Below, one piece after another: positions 11,448-26,284 of a stretch of 64,000 nt of DNA (its first letter is position 1; every line of letters starts with the position of its first letter). The stretch lies in contig NW_026515676.1 in NCBI RefSeq assembly GCF_025526975.1, positions 124,001 to 188,000 of the forward strand, given 5' to 3'. The position numbers and the translations under genes are program-made. The stretch is from Fimicolochytrium jonesii (lineage: Eukaryota). Under the pieces are notes generated by a model that saw only the letters and a program-made list of their open reading frames with translations, was not told the origin of the DNA and did no database searches.

Positions 11448-13535
11448 ATGACTGACTTTGTATCAGGAAGGCCCCGCATCCACCTCCCCTCGCTGGAGGA
11501 GGACGAGCGGGTGGTCCGGGGCGGCGGCTCCAATGGGGCGACAAAGGTGTGTTTGATCTTGACAATTCCCACGTATGAAGCTCGCCATTGACCCTGTTGC
11601 CATTTATAGGGAGGCCTTACTCTCGACGATCTAGGTGTGTATGCAGGAGGGACAGAGGGGCTGCTTGAATCTTCAGCTGGCATATCAAAAGTCCCTGGAA
11701 AGCTGATAAACTATCCACCCCACCAACAGAGGATGAATTCGAGCCAGCGGACACAACGTCGAGGGCGCAAGCCGACCATCAAGCCATTTTGGAAGACTTC
11801 GAAAAGAAGCGGTTGGCCAGGAACCTCGCTGTGCCGACGGACGATGGACGGGTGCGGGCCAGGTTACGGGAAGAGGGCGAGCCTATAACGCTCTTTGGCG
11901 AAGGGGTATGTTCTTTTGCCCTGCATGCTGTCATAGAGCGAGAGGCTGATAGTGCGGTCCATAGCCAGCAGAGCGACGAGACCGTCTCCGATCAATTCTG
12001 GCGCAGAAGCTACATGACCAGCCGATGATGGATGTGGATGAGAGCGAGGACGAGAGCGATGATGAGGAGAAGGCGGAGGCGGAGGAAGAGTTTTATACTT
12101 ATGGGCCCGATGAGCTGTTGGAAGCTAGGAAAGATATTTCCACTTACTCCATATCAAGGTGGGATACGCTGAGGTGGTGGATGGCTTGGCGCCTAGCTGA
12201 CTGGGAATTCTATTCAACAGAGCGAAACATAGACTGGACTGTCACCGCGCCGAACTGGAGCTACCATATCCGCAACGGAAAAAGATGCGACACGAATTTT
12301 ATACCAACATCAAAACATTCGAAACACGCTCGCTACAGTACGGAGACGAGCGGCCATTGTCTAGCTGCTCCTTTTCGCCAAACTCCCGATTACTAGCAAC
12401 AGCATCGTGGGGTGGGTTGGTCAAACTGTGGAGTGTACCAGAATGCACCCACCTACATACCCTGAAAGGGCATCGCGATCGAGTCAGTGGGCTCGCGTTC
12501 CACCCTGGGTCAACCCTCTCGCAATCGCCCGAAGCCCTCAACCTTGTAACGGGCGGGTCGGACGGCACCGTGCATCTGTGGAACTTCAACAGCGAAGCCC
12601 CGATAGGCTCCCTTGAGGGCCACGAGCAGCGTGTGACCCGTGTAGCATTCCACCCGTCAGGCCGATACATCGGCACAGCTTCCACCGACACCTCCTGGCG
12701 GCTCTGGGACGCCCAGACATCCCAGGAGCTTCTCCTCCAAGAAGGCCACTCCCGCGAGCTCTTCGCCATCGGCTTCCAAGTCGACGGATCATTAGCCGCA
12801 ACGGGCGGCATGGACGCCATCGGGCGCGTATGGGACCTGCGAACCGGGAAGTCAATCATGGTGCTGCAGGGCCACGTCAAACACATCCTGTGTCTCGACT
12901 GGAGTCCGAACGGGTACCAGCTGGCGACTGGCAGCGAGGACAACTCGATACGCGTGTGGGATATGCGCGCGGCGAAGAGCCTCTATACCGTGCCGGCGCA
13001 TACGAATCTTGTCAGCCAGGTGCGGTATTGGCACGCAGCGGAAAACTTTGAGCAGTCGATTGATAAGGAGTGGACGTTCAAGGCGGATATTATGAGGGTT
13101 GATGGGGATGATGGTGATGCCGCAAAACTCACGCGTGTAGAATCAAATGGGGCGGCGCCGATGGAAGTCGAGAGTGAGATCACGACAAAAGTCGAAGGCG
13201 ATGCGGACACGGCGGGTGCGGGGGCTGCAGGAGGTGTGAGCGCGGCGACGAGACGGCAACTCCTTGATGGATCGTTCCTCGTGTCGAGTTCGTATGATGG
13301 GACGTGTAAAGTATGGACGGATGGTGACTATAAGCCGGTCAAGGCGCTGACGGGGTTGGAGGGCAAGGTGATGGCTTGTGATATCTCTGGTGGTGAGTAC
13401 CTATGCATCTTTTCTCGTCCTTGGTAGTGGAATCTGAGTGTAAACGGTTCCCATTTCATAGACGCAAAGTTCATCGCGACGGCATCGTACGATCGCACGT
13501 TCAAACTTTACGCCACCGAAAATGTCGAGACATAG
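11448..13535 (+). CDS. PRP4: U4/U6 snRNP WD40 protein Prp4
   Basis: SFM motif (AVPTDDGRVRARLREEGEPITLFGEG) followed by WD40 repeats (QEGHSRE, GRVWDLRTG). Includes a 25-nt exon at 11610-11634. Confidence 0.95.
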
Positions 13536-13892
13536 ATCACGACGAGCTGTGACGCACTGGATGCTTGATAGCCCGGTAGTCCGTAGCTGTATCCTAGCCC
13601 CCATCGAGTTACATTTCCCCGTATTTCCATCTCGCTACTGGTGCTGTATCCTTTGTGCTTATCGTCCGTACATCACGCAGCCCATCCTCAATCATCCAAA
13701 GCCCATGCTGGATCACTTGCATTGCGACCGCACGAATTATGTCGCGGAGGGCAGAACTGCCGTGGATGTCAGATATGCAACGGCGACTATAGATATGCTA
13801 TTCAAAATTTAAGGCAATACGGTATACCGAATTGGTGCAGTATGTAGAATGGATATGGCTCCGACCATTACGAGAAGAGAAGTTATCTTCTT

Positions 13893-14946
13893 CTAGTGCT
13901 TGCGCTTGTCGGCACCTACGCCGTCATACGTGTAGAAGCCCTCGCCAGATTTCCTTCCCAGCTTGCCAGCCTTAACGTGCTTCTCCAACAGAGCAGAAGG
14001 CGCAATTAACTTGTCTCCCTTCAAACCCTCTCCAGACTGGTACCACCCGTCAGTGATATGCTTGATGGTGTCGAGACCAACGTAGTCCATCAATTCGAAA
14101 GGTCCCAAAGGGTATCCTGCACCAAGCTTCATGGCGGTGTCCACATCCTGCATAGACGCATCGCCCCGCTCGACCAATCGCAGCGACTCCATCATGTATG
14201 GGACCAGCAGCCTGTTGACGACAAAGCCAGGGGTGTCCTTGCAAGCAACGGGGATCTTGCCCATTTTCTTGGTGACGGCCACAAGAGAGTCAAAGACGGC
14301 GTCGACGGTCTCGGGCGTGCGGATAACCTCTACCAGCTTCATCTGGGGAACAGGGTTGAAGAAATGCAGACCGGCAAAGTGTGCTTGACGGCTCGCCTTT
14401 GTCGCAGAAGCAATATCGCGGATGGGTAACGACGAGGTGTTTGACAAAGATGGTCGATGCGGACGCGGCTTCATCCAGAGCTTTGAAAAGGGCCCGCTTC
14501 GTCTTGAGGTTCTCGACGATCGCTTCAATGACCAGCTGCGAATCGCGCGCAGCGGCCCCAGAGTCCTTAGAGAGTGTGATACGGGACATGATGTCGTCGA
14601 TGTACTTTCGTGCCTCGGCTCCCTCAACGTCTCCTCCGAACTTCTTCTTGGCGACCCGCTTCAAGGAAGAGGTGATGATCTTCTCGCCTTTGCGTAAGGA
14701 ATCGTCTGTGAGATCCACCATGGAGACTTTGAAACCAGACTGGGCGGCGACTTGGACGACACCTGCACCCATCAAACCGGAACCGATGACTGTGATGCGC
14801 TCGACGGGCTTGACGTTCGCTGAGGAGGATGCATAGCCATGGCGGGAGACGGACGTTGCGACGGCAGCGACGGCACAGGTGGTGGAACGAGGGGTGTTGA
14901 CGGCACCGAGACGCCCGAGGACGGTTGAGGCTGCTTTGCTTGCCAT
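13893..14946 (-). CDS. HADH: Mitochondrial 3-hydroxyacyl-CoA dehydrogenase, with one frameshift at about 14445
   Basis: Motifs [52 protein letters not shown] and [12 protein letters not shown]. The N- and C-terminal halves are in different frames. Confidence 0.9.
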
Positions 14947-15381
14947 TGTTGCGATGCGGAGTTGGATTGTTTGTTCGGCGGTGGGAATCCCCGTCGTCGT
15001 CGCTTGGAGCTTTTATGCCTGGGGGATGCTCGAAACGCGTGCGTGTGAGTGTGCCGGGTGGAACCGGGGGTAAATAAACCGCTCAAGTCACGTGTCAGCC
15101 ACGTTGTTTAAACGGGTGCATTACTGCCTCGTCATGACTTGCCACCAACTGAAGGCCCAACGACCATCATCTCAACAAGAATCTAGGGGCATTCTTCATC
15201 CCTTGGTTTTCACTTGACAGCAGTTGCACGGCCGGAGTCCAACAAGTCGCTGGTAAGCAACGGGTACTTCCTTGCTTTCACTTCCAGACCCGACATCTTA
15301 AGGCTGATCACGCGTGTACCTGTAGTTTCCTCCTGGGGTTCTCAATACGACCGTCGACATATATTCTTGGAACGAACTAAC

Positions 15382-17108
15382 ATGGCGCCACCACGAAAGA
15401 AGACTACGCTGGGGTTTCCGGTCTTTGCGGTAACCTGGACGCCATCGAGGCATCGCGTCGCGATCGGTGGCGGCGGTGGACCGACGAAGGCGGGAGTCAA
15501 GAACGCGATGGTGAGGCTGCTTGGAGGTTGTGGGGCTGTATGGAGGAGCAGGAAAACAATCGGACAGATCGATTTACGTGCTTTCACTCCCAGATTCTGT
15601 ATGATGTCGACCCCAACACTCTCGACGTCAAGCCTGTGACGGAACAACTGTTTGGGAAAAAGGACGATGGATGTATGAGTATTGCTGTTCACCCAAAGGT
15701 ACTGGATAACGGCTGGGATTGGCGCTTTGAGTGCATCACTGACGCTGGGTTACAGGAGAAGGCTTTCATAGCTGGAGTCAACTGCCCGGAGGAGCAAATG
15801 AAGGCAGGCCAGAATGAGAACTGTCGCGTGTTCTTCCTGAAAAACAAGGTGTACGTTGCAGGGGTTGAATATCAGGGTGGAAAACCTTGGCTGACTATGA
15901 CGGTCACCACTTTCAGATTCACCGCCAAAGGAGCCCATAAAACCTTGGACAGCACGGATCCGTTCTTCCATCAGGTGCAGTAGTCCTCTCGAAGCGACCA
16001 GCTATGCACCAACTTACCGTCCCAACCTGTCGATAGAAAATCTCTCGATTCACTGAGGATGGTAAACTCTTGGTGACAGGGAACACAGATGGAAAGGTAC
16101 CATGGTGACATGTTGTGCATTTGCACACGGAATGACACTGACGTCGCCCACAAAGTTAAGCATATGGACATGGCCAGACTTCAAGCCGGCAATTCCGCCA
16201 ATTGACCATAAAGGAGAGATTGTAGATGCAGATTTCAGTCCTGATGGCAAGCAGGTAAGGCCAGTGTTTCAGAATTGCGCCTCTATGACCTGGAAACTGA
16301 TAATCATCATCTCAAAACATAACAACAGCTGGTGTCTGTCACAGCAAACATCTGCTACGTAACAAATGTCTCAAATGCAAAGACCCTCTGGTCCATCGAG
16401 AAACCCGTCATGAAGAAAACGATAAAGTCCGAGTTCCGCGCATCGCGGTTCGGCGTGCGCGCATCAGAAGGCTACCTGTTCCTCGTCATCAACGCAAAAG
16501 ACCGGAAGCGGGCATTCATTTGCAAGTGGCAAGTGAAAGGGTGGAAGCTGCATAGGCAAAAAGCGATCGGGTCGAAACCTGTTACTGCGTTTACGATAAG
16601 GTATGGCCTTTGAATGCTACCCTTCACTCTCCACGTGCTGACTTTGCAATTCTCTAACCACAGCAAAACGGGGGAGTTGCTCGCATTTGGAGCAGCAGAT
16701 CTGAGCGTGAATGTGATTTCGGCTAAAGGCTTGCAGGTAACGGAAGCGGTCTATATGTCTTATACCTTTGACTGACACCAATACTGATTCTGACCTATCT
16801 CCCCGCTAGACAATATACCGGATACCAAATGTCCACGATTTCCCCCTGACCGCATTAGATTTCGACCCAACAGGACAGATACTCGTCAGTGGATCCGCCG
16901 ACGGGACGGTCCACGTGGCCCTTGTGCCGCCAGCTTCAGGTAAGCCCGGACTCTCAGCCTCTCGTAGCAGGGAACGAGCCTAACTCAGCGTATTGTTCAT
17001 CCCTTTCTAGGCAACCTGTACATCATCCCCATCATCCTCATCCTTCTTTTCATCACGGGCCTGCTGACGTATCTGGCCATGCTGGAAGATGACAACGGCG
17101 AACTGTAA
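15382..17108 (+). CDS. SEC12: Sec12/PREB-like WD40 guanine nucleotide exchange factor for Sar1
   Basis: GFPVFAV...IGGGGGPTKAGVKN K-loop motif, WD40-like exons, HDFPLT near the C-terminus and a terminal TM helix. Many short introns. Confidence 0.85.
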
Positions 17109-17671
17109 ATAGCTAGTTGTACATAGTGTATTTTGTTACCATGTTCATTCTGGATGTGGTGAGACTGACTACTTGTCCATAGATGCATACATTTGCTTTC
17201 TTTTGAGGCCCTGTGGATTGTGGAAGGGCTGCGTTGTCGGAGTCTTCATCCAACGCGTGTGTGAAGCAGTGTGTGAAGGCCGTCCTATTCACCGCCGATG
17301 ATCGCTCCGCGCATAACCAAGGTGAGTCGACGCCCCTCCGCTACACGTACGAACGGGAGACTGCCGCGCTTCAGTTCGTGGTCGAAGCTCAGACCGAGGG
17401 CCATGTCGCTGCCGGCACCCTTTCCGTTGTTCAGGAATGCCTCTCGCATCGGTATGGTAACGGTATGCCAACGGCTGTCTGCTGGTGTGGGCGAAAGACG
17501 TGCGGGGGAGGATAACTGGAGTAGCCTCTAGGCGCCACCGGTTGTGCGCAAGGAGGAGGAGTTGTTCTTTTGTGGATGGGGCATGACCTTGCCATTCTCA
17601 CCTTCAGCAGGTTTCTAGCCGTGCTTCGGACCTGGCCTTCTTTGTGTACGTTTCAACAGCGCTCTCGTCAC

Positions 17672-18495
17672 ATGCATCGCCTGTTCTTCATCCGTCGTCT
17701 CCCGGCTCCATTCGTCCCAGCCTGCTCCCACACCTCCTTACCCATCTTTTCCCAATCCCGCGTCCTACGAAGAACAATGTCGACCGGCCCAGTATCCGAA
17801 GTGGCGGAGACGGAACCAGCATCGGCTTCGAATGCGACGACGACAGCTGATGGCGAGCCTTTGACGATGTATCTATTTGTCCGGAAGGATTTGGAGAGTG
17901 TAAATGTCGGCTATTTAGACGAGGCGGTGGGATCACGCCCGATGCAATGAAAGAAGGAAGGGAACGGGCGTAGAGATGATTTGATCAACTCATCAAAGCA
18001 TATCCTTCATCATCGCACCATAGGACCTCAACTGGCCATCAGGAAGGTAGATGGTGAAACCCCGCCCTGAATCATGTGGACAACGGAAGGGAACAAGTCG
18101 CTGACGTTCCCTTATCCAGCGTTATAACACAAGCATGTCATGCATCCATGGCGGTGATGCACAAGAACAGCCGGGATCCAGCTGTCCTGGAGTATCTTAA
18201 CGATCTTGAGAGGTGCGTCCATCAAAACCCACAAAAGCATTCACAGCATAACCTCTATCTTACACAACGCAATCCCTCATATTCTACCCCCACCAGAATG
18301 CACAAAGTAACATTCGCAGCCCGGGACCCCGCGCACCTCACCAAGATCCGCACCGCGCTCACCACGCACTCCAAAGTGTTCCACGAATGGATCGAACAGC
18401 CCGAGGGGATCCCGACGTGCATTGCTACGATGCCGTATCGGAGGTCGGAGATGAGGGAGGTTATGAAGAGGTGTCGGGTTAGTCTGTATAAGTAG
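17672..18495 (+). CDS. PTRHD1: PTH2-family peptidyl-tRNA hydrolase-like protein
   Basis: MYLFVRKDL..LNWPSGSVITQACHA, MHKVT and WIEQPEGIPTCIATMPY. The N-terminus resembles a mitochondrial presequence. Confidence 0.9.
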
Positions 18496-19197
18496 GCAGC
18501 GGGGGTTGAAGGTTGAGACTAGGGATGGAAGAGTGGGGTGGGATGATTTTGGGTGGAGGTTGAGGTACTATTGTTCGATCTGTATCAGGAGGTTTTGCCG
18601 ATGCGGCACAAGCCCGACGAGCGCACGTACATTCGACATGTAGGTTACATAGTGTGATGTGATCTAGACTATCTCCTACATAATGCGAGCTGCGACTACG
18701 TCGGTGCGCCAGGATTTATAGGCAATAGAAATGATAGGAGAACTACATACTGCCATCTCGAGATTCCCAGGACTATATCGGAATTCAATCGCTATATCGT
18801 GACGGAAAGCTTCCACCTTTGCGGTTCCCTCCATGGATGACGGGTTAAGGCTCTTCAACCAGAACGTCGAACGCTCCTTAGATGGTATGGCAAAGTCGCC
18901 GCCGTCGTCGCTCAAGTCTTGCTGGAAATTCACGGTCGGCGTTCTGCGAATGGCGCTCTGACCATGAAAGGCCTTACATCCGATCCGCGATCGAATGTCC
19001 CGTCGCACGTCCATGGAAGGTTGCCACATTCCCTAATAGACTGCTGGGCCACCCGCGATAAGTGGGGTATCCCATATGCAATCACACGGCCGGATGCATG
19101 TTGTTTAGGCCCGTCAGGACCCTTCGGAAGGACCTCTGGGTGCAAGCCTACGAAGCGTCGTCCACACAATCCGTCGCCATAATCTCCCTCCCCAAAC

Positions 19198-21519
19198 TCA
19201 TCCCCTCCTCCCTCCCCCACCCTTCCTCGCCCCCTCCCCCAACCTCGGCATCTTGATTCCCAACCCGCCCAACATACTCCCCGCGGGCCCCGGCAACCCC
19301 TCCTGCGCCGAAAACGACTCCAGGATGTTCTTGACGAGGTTCAGGTCTAGATCTACTGGTGCGTTTTTGCGTGTTTCCTCATCACCTTCTTCCTCATCAT
19401 TCTCATCGTCCTTTGAGTTGGGTTGGGATGGTGCGGGAACGGCCTTTTCGAACGTCCCCGCGAGTTTGGTATGCAAGAGCTCGCGGTCCATCGCTTGCAT
19501 GTACTGCTCCAGTTGTGGGTCGCCTGTAGGTTCGTCGGTTTCCGAATCCTCTGCGTTATCGGTGCGGGAGAACGGTGCGGTCCAGTCGTCATCGTCGTCT
19601 GCTAGTTCTGTGAACCTGCTGTCGTCGGTCGAGGCGGGTCTGAGCACGTCTGGGTCGAATTGTTGTTGAGGGGATTTTTGGTTTTGCAAGTGAGCCATTT
19701 CGGTGGCGTCGATACCGAAGGCTTGCATTAGGGTCTGCATGAATTGCTGGTCATCGAATTTGATACCCCCTGCACGATCCGCCGCCGTTCTCCCACGCCC
19801 CCCATCGCCCTCATCCTCATTATCCTCCTCCTCCTCGTCCTCCTCCTCATTCGGAAACAACGCCCCTTTCAACCCACTCTGCTTCCCAACAAACTCGCTA
19901 AACCCACCAAACATCTTCGCCAACTCATCCATATCCCGCTGATCCTCCTCATCCATCTCCTCCACGTCCTCTTCGCCGCGGGGCATGCCCGCAAAATCTT
20001 CCTGGGCGTGTTTGAACTCCTCCTGTCGGGCGTTCAGCATATCGTCCAGGTGCGTGGGGTCGATGTCCATCCAGCTGTCGCTGTCTTCGTTGAGGTTTGT
20101 GTCGGTTATGTTGACAGGCGGACGGGCGAGGGCGGCCTTTATCCGCGTGACGGGGTTATCTTCTTTCTGTTCCGTCGTCCTGGCTTGCAGGAACTGGAAC
20201 TGTGCTCTGGATTCGAGGTCTTTGTAAATTCGTGAACCGGGGAGCTCGGAGCGGAAGAAGTTCAGTTTGTTGAGTTTGTGAAGAAACCGCGCCCAGGCTG
20301 GATCCGCGGCGAATGCATAGGTATCGACCGTAGCTGCGTCCGCCTGCGTATCCAGATTCTGCCAGTGTTCGTCGGCATAGAGCATTTCGAAACCGCAGGC
20401 GATCTTCATGCCCAGTTCGTGGGATTTGAAGTCGGGGGAGTTGGGTGGAGGCAGGCGGAAGGGTTTTGGCGGGTGGAACTTTTGGCTGACGAGTTGGGCG
20501 TATTGATGGCGGTTCATGCGGATGAGGGATGTGGTTGAGGAGGCGGGTGGGAATTGCTCCATTTTATAGCAGGCCTGGTGATATAAGGAGGGAGTGAGCG
20601 TCGGAATCGGTTGATCAGGAGCATGTCCCGTTGTACAAACCTTCAACGCCAATGGATCGCGGTTATAGAATGCCTCAACAGCAGGCGCAATCAAATTGGG
20701 CTCATGATGTAACACCTGCGCAACATTGAATGGAACATGACACTTTGCATGATGCATGTTTTTCATCGCAGCACCCGGGTAACCGTTGAGACGTTGCATA
20801 ATGACATCTTGCACCTTCTCTGGTGCATTCGTCGGTGCGGAGCCTCTGATAGTGTCTAGGGCTTGTTCGAGAGTAATATTGCCGGCTGGGTAGAGTGGGA
20901 TTTCGGCTGGTGTTCGCGGAATGGGAATGATATGAAGAACGCCCTTATGCAAAAACACCTGGAGAGATTCATGGGTAAATTAGTGAAGGATCGCATGAGG
21001 TTCGCAACAAAAAGCCAACCCACTCTGTTCCGGATGGTAGTAGGATCAATCCAGGCGCTCAAGTGATCAGCCGCCTCGATGAGTAAAAACTCCCCGTCGT
21101 TGTCGCGAACACTGACGACGGCATCTGGATATTTCGCTGTGATTTCGACCAGTAGCGATACAATAAACCACTCGTCTTCCAAGCAGTCACCGAACCGTGT
21201 AGAGCCGCGAATACACGAGGTTGAGGCGTCTTTTTCGAGTGATCGAGGTTAGCAAGGAGGGGACGGTGTGTGCAACAACTGATGACCCACACTTACCAAA
21301 CCCGCTATCAGTCCTCAAGACAAACGCATCCTTGTGCCAGATATAGCCGTCGGTCCATTGCGAGACGAAGGAGAACACTTCCGCAATGAACTCTTCTGCC
21401 GCCTGCTGCCATTCCGCCTGCGTGGGTGCTGGATATGCAGGAGACGGACGGAAGTCCCTATGTATAGAGTATTCTACGGTATCGACCTCGTCGTGGCGTT
21501 CACCGAAGACCTTGTCCAT
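19198..21519 (-). CDS. ECD: Ecdysoneless / SGT1(ECD) family protein
   Basis: YIWHKDAF, TRFGDCLEDEWFIV, DNDGEFLLIEAA, AVEAFYNRDP, LGMKIACGFEML and DLNLVKNILESFSAQEGLPGPA. Confidence 0.93.
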
Positions 21520-22211
21520 CTTTCATTCGCCCGTAGCGCTTCAGTAGTGCAGAGCAATCGACGAGACCAACAGCTTCGACGGCGCTCAGGGAAGAGTCGC
21601 GAGTGACGGCAATCAGGGGAACGAAATGACAGCAGCGCCGCGTTATAACCTGCACACTTGCGGAGGAACTCCACGGAATCGCAGGGAAAGCCTTTGCTGG
21701 GCGGGCACAGCGCTGCTTCCTCATTCAGGTGAGCCTTAGCTTCGGTTGGGATGGATGGAGTGAGTGAGGAGCTCGGCGGGTCGCTCATATGGCCAAGTCT
21801 GGGGCGAGAGTGTTTCCGCCTCGTCCCGACAAACTCGAAATTGGGCAGCTAAAGGGGACGGGCACCGACTTTGGGGATAGAGCACCCGTAGGGAGAGGAG
21901 TACCGGTCTTTCTCTTAGTTGAAAGGTGGAGAAGGGCCAGCAGTGGTCCATCTGGTGGGTGGGAGAAAAGGGTCATGTGCGAGGAGAGGGGTGCACCGAT
22001 CTCCCGTCCGGTCTGTCTTGGAGGAAAGCCGGGTCACTTGTTTCCCATACGCCAGCCCAACGTTTGGCACCAGCAGAACGGTGGGAGAAAGGGGAGAGGG
22101 GATACGCTATGGACCTCGCAAAAGTTTGCTCTTCCTAATTTAGAAAGCCGTTCTGTCCCCTCCAGGCCAGCCTCCAGGCGCATACATATACCTGTACCCC
22201 GTTTCCCAAAA

Positions 22212-23725
22212 ATGTCCGAAACAAAACGCAAATCCCGGCACCCCTCCCTCGACACACCCCTCCCTCTCCCCCACGCTCACAGCGGGGCGACCGCAACATC
22301 CAACGAACACGGGCTGTGGATCCAGCTATGCCAGGAACTATGGCGGTTCTCGCGACAGCTGCCGGAGGTCGATGCAGCGGTGCCGAAGGTGAATTCGGTG
22401 CATACTAAGATCATTCAGAGGCAGGAGAATGGTAGGTGTGGGAGACGGGGAGGGGTATGAAGGGGGTGGAGGGGGGTGATGGGGAGGAGGAATGGAGGGT
22501 GATCAGGCGGGTGAGGTGAGGAGGGATGGGATTGAAGGGGAGGGATGGGGGAGGAAAGATGGCGCGGACGAACCCAATGGGCGAAATATCACCTCCAACC
22601 TGTCCAACATTCAACCCCTTCCTCTTCTTTCTTCTGTTCTTCAGGAAAGGACTTCCACGCAAAAGGCGCCATGAAGATCCTCTCCCTCTACGAACGCGCC
22701 AACTCCAAAATTGCGGAACAGACGAAGTACGTCCTTCCCCTCTTCCCCTTGTCGCTCCACCCTCCGCTCCTCTCCCTCCCCCCACTCACCACCCATCACT
22801 CCCTAACCCCACACCCCAGCTTCTTAACAACAGCCCTCGACAAGACCGCCATCCTCCTCCTCCTCCGCGAAAACCACGACGCAACCACACCGACACCGGA
22901 CTCCACCCACCCCTCGAAAACACGCAAGAAGCGCAAACTGGACGAAAAAGGGCGCGTCGGTGTCGGTGCCGGGTCACCCACGGCCCCCGTGATTGTGGGG
23001 GAGAAGCCGCATACCGTGTTGCTTATACCTGGAAACAAAAAAGGTCGTGGCGGTGCGGGGTAAGCGTCCATCCCCCATCAACCATTCCATGTCATGGTCG
23101 CATGAGATGTTAACGGCAACTCAACGACATTTGCAGAACCACAGACCCCCTCCGCCCAGGCCAACAGGTGATCGCGCGCCCTACCCAACCCCACGCCACG
23201 GAATGGATCATGGGCACCGTCGAGCGATACATCCCCGAGCGCGGCCTCTATCTATTCACGGACGCGGAGGACGAGGACGGGGCTTTGCAACCCAAGTATG
23301 TCGAAAACTCACTCTCTGCATGTTCGTCCCCTCTCTTTGGCATTGACATGGATGATCCATCATGTGGTTTTTTAGGACACCCCTCTACTTCCCACCCCGC
23401 GACCTGATCCCCCTCCCCGCCACCGACACCGAGATCGCCAAGAAACAGATCATCGCAAGGGACAAGCCCGTGCTCGCGTTGTACCCCGGCACGACGTGTT
23501 TCTATCGCGGGAGGGTAAAGAGCGGGCCTACGAAGGTAAATGGGAGATCCGACGATGTGGCGTATGAGAGAGGGGGCGGGAGTTGATGTATTTTTTGTGG
23601 GGGGGTCTTTTTTTTTGTCACAGGCATCACCGAACGAATACAAGATCGTGTTTGAGGACGACCAGAACCAGGAGCGGGCCGTGCCGGCGCGGATGGTTGT
23701 TGATGCTGTGCTTGCTGGGGAGTGA
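22212..23725 (+). CDS. SGF29: SAGA-associated factor 29 (tandem Tudor)
   Basis: Coiled-coil N-terminus, then EWIMGTV...DAED, VLALYPGTTCFYRG and YKIVFEDD across multiple exons. Confidence 0.88.
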
Positions 23726-24201
23726 AAGCGGAATGATGGATGATGGGGTAGTCTGCGGAAGGGGGGAGCGGGAGAGTGATTTTCATCACTGGGGTTCTTG
23801 GATTCTGCGGCCGGCTACCTACCATTTTGTTCGTATACATCTGAATAGAGCACCTAAGAAGATGGAATCGGCTCCGTTCGCTAGAAAGTGAGGGACGGCT
23901 TTCACATATGAGATGCAGTACAGTACATCGCAACAAACGGCGAAAACCCCCGCCCCTACCCCAACCACGCCTACTGTAACCCGTGCAAGTCGGGCTGTGG
24001 CGTGTTCTGCAGTTGCGCGTCGACAGTCACGTGACGGGGGATGATCCTGCTCGCGCGCCCTCTCTCCGTCTCTCTCTCCGACGGATAGCAATGCTGTCTT
24101 TCCTTTCCTTGCTCTACCTGCGTTCCCGCTCGCTGCCTTCGTTGCCATAGCCCTCGCTACTCCCGCCCATAACCCCCTCACCACCAAACTTATTCCACAG
24201 C

Positions 24202-25401
<1,200 letters not shown>

Positions 25402-26284
25402 AAAACAATCGATTCATGTCTTCACCCCCGGCCCGCTATCATAGACAAAGGTTTGCAAATGTGCTGGCCACCGTGCACGTCAGCCTCGGCTCACCCACCT
25501 CCCAACCCACCCTCCTTCCGTCCGACAACCGATCTGCCACTCCGATAGACTGGGACACAGCACAACACACACTGATACTCTAGCCGCACCCTCTTCCCAC
25601 TTGCGAGGCGCCATGCCCCTTGTACATAGTTCCCCCAGCCCCATCTCTAGCTAGTACACCCACCCCCCCAACTCCCGTATTTTATTTGGTCGTTCTTTCG
25701 TTTTTTTATTATGTTTTGTGTTCTATTGCTGAATGCAAATGTGCGATGACTGATGGGGTTATGGCAGCGTGCTCGCGCCCCCCGAAAACATTATGTGTTG
25801 TGTACAAGGTGGACGGTTCCTGTTTGCTGTGGGTTATGGTTGCCGCTTTGGGCGGAGGACCTAACGACTCGTCGTGAAGGGCTCTGGTTTTCGCCGTGTA
25901 CCGTCCCCAAACGATCTCTTTCTACCCTTGAATCTCCCATACCATTCGCGCAGTGCAACAAGTTTAGCACGTAGTAATCGTCAGGTCGAAAGCAGCTGTG
26001 TTCATACGTGTTTGTCGACGAACTTTCGAACGAAGCGGCTCGGTACCATCTCGTCGAGAGCGTCATTCCCCTGGTGGCGGAGAAAGAACGCGGCGGATAC
26101 GTCCGAAAGCATCCAGCGTCAATACCGACTCCGCTGACGTTCACGATGACCATGAACGCCGCCGGGGCGGTAGACAGTGGCATACTACAGCGCCGGCGTC
26201 CCGTTCCATCCCGGGGATTGCATCCCACAAAACCAGCATGTCACAAAAGCCCCACATCCCTCCCCCTCCTCCCTCTCGTTCCCG

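Noticed and set aside
17210..17530. Gene-like short ORFs between SEC12 and PTRHD1
   Set aside because: No family is recognised and there is no consistent splice or start signal.
18000..18010. ATATCCTT resembling a U12 (AT-AC) donor
   Set aside because: It lies inside an ordinary GT-AG intron of PTRHD1 whose splicing already restores the protein.
25870..26230. ORF segment FVDELSNEAARYHLVESVIPL downstream of CTF8
   Set aside because: No ATG start or homology is recognised, and it overlaps the probable CTF8 3' UTR.
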